Source: an uncultured Nitrospiraceae bacterium (GTDB taxonomy: Bacteria; Nitrospirota; Thermodesulfovibrionia; Thermodesulfovibrionales; Dissulfurispiraceae). Taken from it: DNA of 64,000 nucleotides. How positions within the stretch are numbered: position 1 is the first letter of the stretch; every line of letters starts with the position of its first letter. The notes beneath the pieces were generated by a model. That model did no database searches and was not told the DNA's origin. It saw only the letters and a program-made list of their open reading frames with translations. The stretch spans positions 960,001 to 1,024,000 of the forward strand of contig CAVSHF010000005.1 in assembly GCA_963727805.1 (NCBI GenBank), in the 5' to 3' direction. Shown piece after piece: positions 20,300 to 29,986 of the stretch. The position numbers and the translations under genes are program-made.

Positions 20300-21929
20300 C
20301 GCTGAATATCACTTTTTCCCACATATAGACAGGTTTTCCGTAATCAGGAATTGGAATTTCCATCTCGCCAAGGCAATATGGGAATTGTCTCCGTGCTTTC
20401 TCGGCAGGGGCATACCAGTAGAGCCCATCGGCGATGAGAAACAATCCCACAACGATCAACAGGCAGTACAAGACAGTCCATGCTATGACATCCGGACCGT
20501 AATAAGCCAGCAGCGCTATTCCGACAGCTGCCAAACTCATTCCAGTCCTGATAATTGCAAGCCCGGTCCGTGACCTCGCCATCATGGTACGCAGTCTTGC
20601 CATAACATTTCGCCTGTCCGCCAACATCGTCCTTTCTAGGGCGAGGCCGGTTGTCGCCCAAATGCCCCGTATATGCGATTGCCTGACAGGCGGCACGTGG
20701 GCGTGCAGGTCCCTAAAATAAGTTCTTTTGTGTACTGGCGGAAAAACTATATCCCAAATATTGATCTTCTCCTCAGCTTCTTTGACTGAGTCGACACACA
20801 CGATGCCCGCGCGCCGGCCGGGCAAGTACCAGTAAAAACCTTCCAATGCCATCATGATCCCTGTCACGATGAGGCCTGCATCGAAAAGGGTCCATCCACC
20901 CGTGGGGAATTGCCTGAGCAGCACTATGCCAAGTCCGGCAAATGCAACACCGGTACGCGTAAAGGCGAGTCCGTTGCGGCCCCTCGCCATTAATGTCCTG
21001 TGGCAGGCAAGTGTCGTCCTTTCCTCTGCCAGATCCGTCCTGTCGCTGGCCAGGAATCGCCGACGCATTACCGGCGTCAGATTGCTCCAGTCTGCTCGCA
21101 ATTCATCAGCGCCCGCCGCAGGTCTGGTTCGGAAAAAACATGGATCATTGCCAGGATTCGACACTTCAAGCACAGTCGAATTTCCCGTTGGATGTGTCGA
21201 TACGCACTCAGGCATCTTCTTGCCAGTCCTCCTAGCTGGTAAATACCACAAAAATCCGTCGACGGCCATCACCATGCCGGCGACAAGGAGTGCTGCCTCA
21301 AGGACTGTCGAATATCCAATCCCAAATATCCTGAAGAGAACTATCGAAATTGTAATAAAAGAGATCCCGGTTCTCATGAAAGCGAGGCCTGTCCTTCCTT
21401 TGGCTAGGGAAGTCCTGTAACATGCCAGCACCGACCGTCTTTCCGAGAGAAATGTCCGCACTAACGCGAGAGGCGTTCTAGCGGCGGCAACGCCGAAACT
21501 AGGATTCAAATCCAGGTTGTTCTCGATGAGCCTGATAATGTCTGAGGGAAGCGCTACCAGCAAGTTGATTCTCTTTACATTCAGCGTCTTCTTTATTTCC
21601 CCGATAGTAGACATGTCGGGATTGTACGCAATAACTTCTGCTTGGTCATTGTCGAAATAGAGGGGTATCCAAAGGGCGCCTTTCAGTCTCTCCAGTTCCA
21701 GCATTCGCACTATCTTTGAAGAGACCATTATATCCTCATCGTATTCCACGAAAGGATATCCGTAATATTCGGTCAGACAGAACAGTATTTCATGTTTGGG
21801 GATGCCCCTTGACAGTAAAAGATCTTCAGGGTATTTACCTGCAGCCGAGGATTCGTCTGTTATGTGTAGCAGGTCTTCCTCGGTGATGAATCCCTGCCTG
21901 ATCAGTCTTGAAAACTTTTTGTCAAACAT
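20283..21929 (-). CDS. T2SSE_N/MshEN-like domain plus 3 extended DUF202-like membrane repeats
   Basis: LIRQGFITEEDL...YYGYPFVEY...VIAYNP; three units of six RTxLAxx heptads followed by two TMs ending (D/E)GxxWYxP. Confidence 0.7.
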   Translation of the reverse strand: MFDKKFSRLIRQGFITEEDLLHITDESSAAGKYPEDLLLSRGIPKHEILFCLTEYYGYPFVEYDEDIMVSSKIVRMLELERLKGALWIPLYFDNDQAEVIAYNPDMSTIGEIKKTLNVKRINLLVALPSDIIRLIENNLDLNPSFGVAAARTPLALVRTFLSERRSVLACYRTSLAKGRTGLAFMRTGISFITISIVLFRIFGIGYSTVLEAALLVAGMVMAVDGFLWYLPARRTGKKMPECVSTHPTGNSTVLEVSNPGNDPCFFRTRPAAGADELRADWSNLTPVMRRRFLASDRTDLAEERTTLACHRTLMARGRNGLAFTRTGVAFAGLGIVLLRQFPTGGWTLFDAGLIVTGIMMALEGFYWYLPGRRAGIVCVDSVKEAEEKINIWDIVFPPVHKRTYFRDLHAHVPPVRQSHIRGIWATTGLALERTMLADRRNVMARLRTMMARSRTGLAIIRTGMSLAAVGIALLAYYGPDVIAWTVLYCLLIVVGLFLIADGLYWYAPAEKARRQFPYCLGEMEIPIPDYGKPVYMWEKVIFSDDNND

Positions 21930-22154
21930 ACCGAATTCAAGGTCTTCTATTCTGAAATTACCCGTTTGACTTTAAGTTTATACCTTTGCCGCCATGATAT
22001 GCAAATATTCGGATATGAGGCTCATAAATCCGATATTTATGCATTGATGGTTTATGCGTTATGGATAAAGAGATTTTTGTGTTCACGGAATATCGGGTCA
22101 TTGCGGGTTTCAATGGCAAGATTTTCAAATCTTACTTGAAAGGAGGTGAAGAGA

Positions 22155-22322
22155 ATGAAGAAGGTAGTTGCCATGGTTATAGCAGTTATTTTTGTTATGG
22201 GTCTTGCCTCCTTCGGCTTTGCGGCGGGACTTGAGAAGTGTGACAAGTGCCGCAAAACCGAAGAGGCAGTAGACAACATGAACCTTCGGTCTTTGTATCC
22301 GGTTTATGCGATGATGGCTTGA
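22155..22322 (+). pseudogene. Small secreted cytochrome c-like remnant (CDKCR)
   Basis: AGGAGG RBS, signal peptide MKKVVAMVIAVIFVMGLASFGFA, CxxC followed by R (CGC) instead of H (CAC). Confidence 0.45.
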
Positions 22323-22352
22323 AGTTAGTAGAGACATGTCTATCGTTTTTTT

Positions 22353-22760
22353 ATGTATAATGCAGCTATGACTGCGGATAAGATCAACACAGACCACAAG
22401 AAGCCTAAAAGAACACATGTTTATCGTATCATCGTTCTCATCTCGGCATCTCTTACAAAGCTGATCAGCACATTGATCATCTGCCAGAATTCTCTCAAGG
22501 CGGCCGAAGAAGCGCTTAAGCTTCAGGCCTTAGGAATCGCCGCCAGCTTTGAACCTTCCCTAGTAGATGTGAAGGGGAAAGAAAATATCTTCAGGGATAT
22601 CATCAGAGAGGCATCATGGGAAGGTATCGCCTTCACTGCTCTTTATGACCGGCACGGGGTACCCCCTCTTCATTCATATAAAAATCTTGTCGGCCGCAAA
22701 GAGAGCAATTCATTACAGGGCACGCGAAAAACCCCATCTGTTGGTATGCTCAAGGTATAG
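22353..22760 (+). pseudogene. Probable truncated N-terminal sensor portion of a histidine kinase
   Basis: TM followed by Cache-like WEGIAFTALYDRHG...LHS; no kinase core follows. Confidence 0.4.
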
Positions 22761-23060
22761 CCTGCGATCTAAACCGCGGAGGGACAGGTGGAGTAGCAAA
22801 ATAGGCATGAATTTCCGGGCAAAAGATTCAATGTCTGGCAGCAGGAACTTTCCGCAATAGCATTTCCTCTTCTGACGAAGAATTAAACACTTCTAAGACC
22901 GAGTATAATCATGACGATTAGATCTCTGAGAGCAGCGCAAACTATCAACAGAGCGTCACTGCGTTATTTTCTCCATGGCAATTTTTCACTGCATGTTGTT
23001 TTTTATTTCTGTTTTGATACCATATGGATATAGACATAGATTTCGTTAAAAGGAGATAAC

Positions 23061-23552
23061 ATGAGAAAGATATTGGCAATATTATTTTCAGTTTGTACTT
23101 GTGTATTTTTTATTACGTTCACAGCGTCATCCGAAGAAAAAACGACAGCACAGGCAATGAAACCGTGCGACGGCTGGACTCTCCACATTGATGCAAAAAA
23201 ACACATTCCTAAGATGCCTGATATGATCGTTCACCATTACTGCAAACAAGTATCAGGTGGGCTTACTGAATGTCAACTCTATGATAGCGACAAGCCGGAT
23301 GCTCGGCTTGTAGGAGTTGAGGTTGTTGTCGATAAAGAAACTTGGAAGAAATTCTCAAAGGAAGAGAAGTCACTCTGGCATTATCACAAGACTGAGCTTC
23401 TGAAAGTAGAGCCTACGCTTCCTGACGTTTCTGCTGAAGAAGGGACAAAGACGTTGAAAAGTATGGAAGAGACTTACGGCAAGGTTTTTATCTTTTGGAA
23501 TCCGGCCAAAAGTGATCCGACCGGAAGGCCTGTGGTATCGATCTTGCGATAG
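23061..23552 (+). CDS. Secreted DUF1264/OBAP-family protein
   Basis: Signal peptide, VHHYC, CQLYDSDKPDARLVGVE, LWHYH, TYGK. Confidence 0.8.
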   Translation: MRKILAILFSVCTCVFFITFTASSEEKTTAQAMKPCDGWTLHIDAKKHIPKMPDMIVHHYCKQVSGGLTECQLYDSDKPDARLVGVEVVVDKETWKKFSKEEKSLWHYHKTELLKVEPTLPDVSAEEGTKTLKSMEETYGKVFIFWNPAKSDPTGRPVVSILR

Positions 23553-23984
23553 CGGTAGGTTCAAGATAGCAGCATGACCTTCGGAAATTTATAAGTACTG
23601 CTAGGTATTAGGTGTTATTATGCCAATGTGCATATAGGCAGGAAGGTGACGATACCGAAAAGCCCCGAGGTTCTACTCAGGGAAACAAGGAACCTCGCGT
23701 AGAAAAACTTCATGCTCTCTTCCTTCCCGAAGCACACTATCATTTTTTTGCCACAAGTGTCACTTTTCCCGGGTATGCAACAGACATCGTCATTTGAAAT
23801 ATTGCCACCTCGTGTAATAGCGAACAGCGTTATAAGATCAGAAGTTGAGGCAAATGTTTCCTCGCCGAGTCCTTGAAGCCGAAGGTCGCCTGGGGTTGTT
23901 CATCACGCATTCGAAGCCTTAATATAAAGAAGTTTCTATGCACATTATGCAGGAAAGAGTCGTGAACATTCACTACACTTGTAT

Positions 23985-24570
23985 ATCAAGACCTTCCCCC
24001 ATCTTTTTGAGGAGCGTCGACGGGGTAATAGTTTAAGAAGAAATTTAATTCTAGGCTTGAGCAGGCCTTTTTTACTGATGATGTCCTCTGGATAAACGCT
24101 AATATAAATTGCTTTAGCACGGAGGCCTACTCGACTAATCTCATCAGCCGCTTTTCCTGTTTTTGTTCGGCATAATACCATCAAGGATTATCAACTCCAC
24201 GCGAGCACTATTCTCTCTATATTTTGCGCCTGCATCTTCTCCGTCGACTGCTTCGATCATGCTGTACCCATAATGTTCCAGTAAGGTAGACCCCAGCTTC
24301 CGCAGCGCTATATCACCCTCTGCCATGAATATAGTTTCAGAACCGCACTTGTTCTGGGCGACTGCCGTTTCGCTCTGCTCCCCCCTGAGGTCTCCCCTAT
24401 AGAGGGGGAGATATATCTTAAATATCAAGCCAGGCCCAGTTCGCCACACATGTCAATATATCCGCTGTCCTGCTTTATAATGCCCTATATCGAAAGACCA
24501 AGCCCCGTTCCCCTTCCCTGCTCCTTTGATCGTAAAAAATGGGTCGAATATTCTCCCACTTGTCTTTTAC
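23985..24570 (-). pseudogene. Decayed hybrid histidine kinase C-terminus plus receiver
   Basis: RIFDPFF, GRGTGLGLS, FKIYLP, GSETI, EAVDGEDA and LIILDGIMP spread over several frames with stops. Confidence 0.75.
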
Positions 24571-24990
24571 GGACAGAGGATTGTAGAGATGTTTATCATG
24601 CCGATCAAACCGAGTATCATGAACAGACTCGGCGTAAATAGGTACACGAGATGGTCTGGGAAAACGACATGCTTATACGGGACACTATCAAAGAGTCTGC
24701 GAAGGTGAGAAATACGAAAGAAAATATTCTTAAGACAGCAGATGAGATTTAGCAAGCAAACAGCCCGGAATGAGTATTCTGTGAAATACTTTAAAATAAG
24801 GAAACATCGGGGAGAGACAAATAGATCCTTCCCGATATTTTCTTTGAGTAAGACAAGCGCTGACAGGATACTTCTTAATTCCCTACAACAATATCAGACG
24901 CTATCGGATATTATTAAAGTCCATAAACATCTATTGTATATATGATTACAGACGTAGAACATATTCCATATGAGAAATGGGGGATTGTGC

Positions 24991-25185
24991 ATGAAGATCC
25001 AGGCTATCAGAACAATTGCCAAGAAGATTGGCATGACAGTCGGACGTCAGGGCAAAATTGAGCTCATCAGATCCATTCAGAGAGAAGAAGGCAATAATGC
25101 CTGCTTTGCGACGCCTTATGTGAGCGCATGCAATCAAATCAATTGCCTCTGGCTGGAAGATTGTCTCAAAGCTGCATCAGCATAA
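24991..25185 (+). CDS. Small SAP/Rho-N-like protein with Cys-rich tail
   Basis: IRTIAKKIG...KIELIRSIQREEGNNACF...CNQINCLWLEDC. Confidence 0.7.
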   Translation: MKIQAIRTIAKKIGMTVGRQGKIELIRSIQREEGNNACFATPYVSACNQINCLWLEDCLKAASA

Positions 25186-25270
25186 CCGAAATATTAGTCC
25201 TTATGGGGAACAAAAGATTGTGCATAAAAGACTATTTTCTGATATCCCGTATTAGGAGGGTAATTGTAAC

Positions 25271-25666
25271 ATGAACCAGCTGATGAAGCGTCCTGAAGAA
25301 TACAAAATATGGCGGAAAGTACTGGAGCTCGCAGAGACAATACAGATGGCTACAGAAGACCTCTCTACGTTAGGGTCCGGAGATGTCCGTAGTACAGTGA
25401 GAAAAATCACTTTTACCGTCCCATCCCACCTCGCTGAAGGGTTTATGATGATAGATTCAAACGACAGAAAGGACTCTTTTTATAGGGCACTTAATGGGCT
25501 AGATGAGATTCTCAGAAGTCTTGTCCTGACAGAACAGATAGGGCATGTCAAGAGGATTCATATCCATAAGATAAAGAAAGACATCTACGAACTCAACAGG
25601 ATGATTGGTGAACTTATAAGCCCCCTAGCGGAGAGTTTTGTCACAGCGGAAGTTTCCGAACGATAA
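25271..25666 (+). CDS. Four-helix-bundle protein (23S rRNA IVS-like), divergent
   Basis: EEYKIWRK...VPSHLAEG pattern; AGGAGG RBS. Confidence 0.6.
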   Translation: MNQLMKRPEEYKIWRKVLELAETIQMATEDLSTLGSGDVRSTVRKITFTVPSHLAEGFMMIDSNDRKDSFYRALNGLDEILRSLVLTEQIGHVKRIHIHKIKKDIYELNRMIGELISPLAESFVTAEVSER

Positions 25667-26008
25667 AAATACAATCCCGCTCTTGCGTAGCTGAGTATTC
25701 ACAACACCCTCAGTCATCTAACTAATGGGCCTTTGATGTCAAATGTAAATATCGCTGATACGCTTTTATCAATAGATGACAAACTCGCCAAGTTCACACA
25801 AAAGTCGGAAGCACCAAAATAACGAGTGATATTATGTGGAAATAATGGCAAACAATGACTTTGATTCATAGCTTGGTTTTGATAACCTAAAATTGACCAG
25901 CAAAGCGGGGTTTTGATAACCGAAAATTGATCATCCCAAGCATATCTCCTCATGATGAAGTGGGGCATAGTTTCCAAGTTGCCCCATTTTTATGCTGAGG
26001 AGGAAGGA

Positions 26009-27508
26009 GTGCTCAAGATGGATCAGTATGAATTGGTCAGGACGGGTCATCGGGTGTACGGACAGAACATCAGTGAGTTATCAAGATTAACGGGCCATTC
26101 TCGGAACACGATCAAAAAAGCCATACGCGGAGAGCCGTGGGGGTACAAGGAAAGGAGCCATCAGCCGTTTCCTGCCCTTGGCGATTACATGGTGGCTATC
26201 GATAACTGGCTTAAGAGCGACAAAGACAAACCGAAGAAGCAGCGGCATACGGCGCACCGGATATACAATAGGTTAGTGGATGAGCGTGACTATAAAGGAG
26301 GAGAGTCCACTGTTCGCCGCTATGTGAGACTTGCCAGGGTGATTTTGGGGATCGAAACACCGCGCGTCTTTATCCCATGCAATCCAGAGGCAGGGCAGGA
26401 AGCGGAAGTTGACTGGGGCACTGCGACGGCGATCATTGCAGGGGAAGAACTCCGGCTGAAGTTTTTCTGCATGCGCAGTAAGTATTCCGGCAAACACTTC
26501 GTACGTTTCTATCTTTGTGAGAGACAACAGGCATTCCTGGATGCGCATATCCACGCGTTTTCCTTCTATGACGGTATATTCCCGGTCCTAATCTACGACA
26601 ATCTAACGACAGCGGTACAGAAGGTGTTGCGAGGGCGCGATCGCATCGAGCAGTCCGGATTCAGCAAGTTCAAGGCCTACTACAGCTTTGAAGCCCGGTT
26701 TTGCAATCCCGACAGCGGTAATGAGAAAGGCGGCGTTGAAGGACTGGTCGGTTATGCACGACGCAATTACATGGTCCCTATACCGGAGGCAGCTAGCCTG
26801 GAAGAGCTGAACGAGGAGATTCTTCGGCAGTGCGTCGCTTACGGCGATCACAAGATGGCTGGACGCGACCTCACCGTGAACGAATTATACGAAGAGGAGA
26901 AAGGGCATCTTCTTGCCCTTCCCGAAGCTGTATTCAGCAATGTGCAGACATCAGTGGGCCGGGCCGACAAGTATGCCACGGTCATCGTGGATAAGAACCG
27001 ATATTCGGTACCAAGCCGTTATGCTGGGTTCAGAGTGAAGGTGCTGCTCCGTGCTGATCGGGTGGAGATCTTTACAGGCACGAAGAAACTGACAACGCAT
27101 GAGCGTTTGTACGGCAACAACAAATGGGCTCTGAAGGCTGACCATTATCTTGAACTTATCCAACAGAGGCCGTTGGCATTCAATAGTGCACGGCCAATCC
27201 AGCAATGGAGGAAGAGCTGGCCGCAGTTCCTGCACCTTCTTTTGGAGCGTTTTTGCCGTTCCCAGGGTGAAACAAAAGGAATCAAGGACTTCATCACCGT
27301 TCTTATGTTCTATCGTGATTATGAGGCCGGCGAGATTGAAGCGGCAGTGGAACTGGCCATAGAGAACAACATCAGCACCAGCGACGGCGTGCATCATGTG
27401 CTCGCTTACACGGGTGACACCGTCAGCCCCATACCCCCATTGGCCTGCTGGCCGACGCTGCCACCTCCGGATTTGGCTGTCTATGCGCAGTTTGGAGGTG
27501 TTCAATGA
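26009..27508 (+). CDS. istA: IS21 transposase
   Basis: GQEAEVDWG, IYDNL, GNEKGGVE. Confidence 0.93.
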   Translation: MLKMDQYELVRTGHRVYGQNISELSRLTGHSRNTIKKAIRGEPWGYKERSHQPFPALGDYMVAIDNWLKSDKDKPKKQRHTAHRIYNRLVDERDYKGGESTVRRYVRLARVILGIETPRVFIPCNPEAGQEAEVDWGTATAIIAGEELRLKFFCMRSKYSGKHFVRFYLCERQQAFLDAHIHAFSFYDGIFPVLIYDNLTTAVQKVLRGRDRIEQSGFSKFKAYYSFEARFCNPDSGNEKGGVEGLVGYARRNYMVPIPEAASLEELNEEILRQCVAYGDHKMAGRDLTVNELYEEEKGHLLALPEAVFSNVQTSVGRADKYATVIVDKNRYSVPSRYAGFRVKVLLRADRVEIFTGTKKLTTHERLYGNNKWALKADHYLELIQQRPLAFNSARPIQQWRKSWPQFLHLLLERFCRSQGETKGIKDFITVLMFYRDYEAGEIEAAVELAIENNISTSDGVHHVLAYTGDTVSPIPPLACWPTLPPPDLAVYAQFGGVQ

Positions 27509-28278
27509 AAGCCGGAGAGTCGATGGAACTGCAGGCAAATCTCAGGGCGCTGAATCTATCAGCCATGGCTCGCGACATTGAGGGGTTCGTGCGTCAAGCC
27601 CGGGAAGCCGGGATCGGCTATGACGAGTTTCTCCTCAATCTGACCGTAGCAGAACTGCAAGCCAGATCGGAAAGCAGGTTGAACCGCCGCGTCAGGGAGG
27701 CAAAGTTCCCCATTATCAAGCCACTGGAGACCTTCGATCTTGCAGCAGTACCGGAACTGGACCTTCGGCTGTTCCGGGAACTTACCGCAGAAGGCTATAT
27801 AAAGGAGTGCCGGAATGTCATCTTTCTTGGAAGAAGTGGCACTGGCAAGACGCATATGTCCACTGCCCTGGGGATCGAAGCCTGTAAAAACAACTTTCGG
27901 ACCCGGTTTGTCACCTGTTACGGCCTGGTCAACGAACTGATCGAAGCAAGACAGCAGCGGACGCTACAGCGTCTTATCCAAAGGTATGTTCGCTACGATC
28001 TGCTCATTCTGGACGAACTGGGGTATATACCTTTCTCCAAGGAAGGAGCGGAACTACTGTTTCAGGTTTTGGCGGAAAGGCACGAGAAAGGGTCAGTGAT
28101 GATCACAACCAATCTTGGGTTTGCCGACTGGACCCAAGTATTTGGCGATCCGGTAATGACCGCCGCGCTGCTGGATCGGCTGACCCATAAAGCCCATATC
28201 ATTAACTGCACCTGGGACAGCTATCGTCTGAAGCAGAGCCTTAAGGAAAAAAGAAAACATGGAGGCAAGGAGAAATAA
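27505..28278 (+). CDS. istB: IS21 helper ATPase
   Basis: GRSGTGKT, LLILDELGY, ALLDRLTH; ATGA overlap with istA. Confidence 0.95.
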   Translation: MKAGESMELQANLRALNLSAMARDIEGFVRQAREAGIGYDEFLLNLTVAELQARSESRLNRRVREAKFPIIKPLETFDLAAVPELDLRLFRELTAEGYIKECRNVIFLGRSGTGKTHMSTALGIEACKNNFRTRFVTCYGLVNELIEARQQRTLQRLIQRYVRYDLLILDELGYIPFSKEGAELLFQVLAERHEKGSVMITTNLGFADWTQVFGDPVMTAALLDRLTHKAHIINCTWDSYRLKQSLKEKRKHGGKEK

Positions 28279-28281
28279 CTT

Positions 28282-28533
28282 ATGGAAACCACAGTGTACA
28301 ATCCTCAAAAAGGCAGACTTGAAACGGTTGAAGTCGCATTCACCAGAGACAATACGACCTGGTTCAAGCAATGCAGCAATGCCGGCGATATCTCGATGAT
28401 AACGGATCTCGACGGCGATATGCTGATCAGCGAGTCCGGGTACGCCTATCCACTCAGGGTTCCTGATACTTCGAGGGCTGATATCGGGTATGACCGGAAG
28501 AAAGCAAGGCAACTGAGACGCCAGTACGAATAA
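28282..28533 (+). CDS. Hypothetical IS passenger protein (83 aa)
   Basis: Starts 3 bp after the istB stop, AGGAG RBS, inside the right IR. Confidence 0.6.
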   Translation: METTVYNPQKGRLETVEVAFTRDNTTWFKQCSNAGDISMITDLDGDMLISESGYAYPLRVPDTSRADIGYDRKKARQLRRQYE

Positions 28534-29125
28534 ACGGCGGGATGATTACCCACTATCATCCCTGATTATCAACTAGCTTAGGGTGATCAATATTCGGTGA
28601 TCGCAGATGGTCAAATTTCGGTTGCTTTTTCGAATAGCTTTCTAATGAGGCATATTGGAGCTATTGGAATACTATATAGGTATGGGTGTGCAAGAATGAG
28701 CCGAAGTGTTCAAGCAGAGGCAGAGGCAAATCAGTGCCCTTTTCTCAGTCGCTTTAACATCTTAATCAATTGTCTTAGTCTGCCCTTTTCTTTGGTTTCA
28801 TGAATGGATGGGTAGGTTCTGATAAATCCTTCATTGGTTGATTCAAATGATTTATTTCTCTTTTGTTTCATGAATTCATTTTAGCAAAGAGGATATATCT
28901 TATCCAAATTGCTTTAAGATTTATGCCGTAGAGATGCGCGTCCTGTTGACCTGCAACAGCCTTTATTCTTGGCTTCGTGTGCTAGACACGGGGTAAGATA
29001 ATGGAAGAATGCCCCTTGTAGACTTAAACATTGGGGGATAACCTGTTGCCTTTCTATTGTCTTACTTAATTTAACGGAATTGTATATTTGGAAAACCCAA
29101 TAGCGCAGGTCAGTTTTGAAAAGTT

Positions 29126-29711
29126 TTATTTCTCGCTGGAATATGGCAACCAAATATATTTTCCTGATGTTGTTGAATCGGTCTTGAACCTAATTTCTTC
29201 TGTCATTGTATATGGTATTAGATATGGGCTATATGATAAGTGGATGTTAATATCGGCACGGTCGATTGAACTTGGCGGCAGATCAATTTGTCCTTTCAAA
29301 AAAGTAGTAGCTGACTTATTGGGGCTTAGGGTAGACACATAATAGAAATATTTCTCGCCGTTGCCTGAAAAGGAGGAGTTATTAATGGTCAGGCCGCCAG
29401 CCTCTAAATGTGTAACATTTAAAGAGATATTAATATCTCGAACCGGTAAGTACCCGTCATTTTTAATAATAAAGGGGGTCTTGAATGGAGCGTGTGGATC
29501 TAGGATTTCGCCAGGCGAAACAGAAAGTCGAGGATAAGCAGCAAATAAGAAACAGACAGCACCCATCAAAAAAGAAATTACTGCAACGAGTTTTATGGGA
29601 ATTTTATGATATATTGAGATTGTTTCTGGGGGTTCTGATAGGGCTTTCTTTCGCTGTTGTATTTGCTTGGATCGTTTTAAAGCTTTTGCTTTAGACCCAT
29701 TTTTTTGCCAT
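29126..29711 (-). pseudogene. Single-TM hypothetical passenger, frameshifted in an A7 run just after the start
   Basis: Shortening A7 to A6 gives continuous MAKNGSKAKALKR...TM...YPRLSVSPGE... Confidence 0.5.
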
Positions 29712-29986
29712 GCGCTATTATGACATAAATAACTATGAAATCCAAAGGCTTTGAAAACATTTTCAAACTAACTCGTACCATTATTCCAAACTGATCTGCT
29801 TTTTTGAGTTTTTGCACAGTTGTGCAAATCTGCCCACCATAAAACCACAAGATATTGAGTCCAACCATCTGCATTGTAACAAGCCCATCTTCGTAAATCA
29901 CCCCATTAATTTTAATTGACAAATGCGATGGCGAGTATTTATTATTAATGGGGTACATAGAAATCCAAGCAGGGGGTGATGGGGAT

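Larger units (their letters stand above)
25874..28633 (+). mobile_element. IS21-family element B with a passenger ORF
   Basis: Imperfect IRs sharing AACC(T/G)AAA(A/T)TTGACCA with subterminal repeats; flanking duplication ATAGCT (25868-25873, 28634-28639). Confidence 0.88.
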
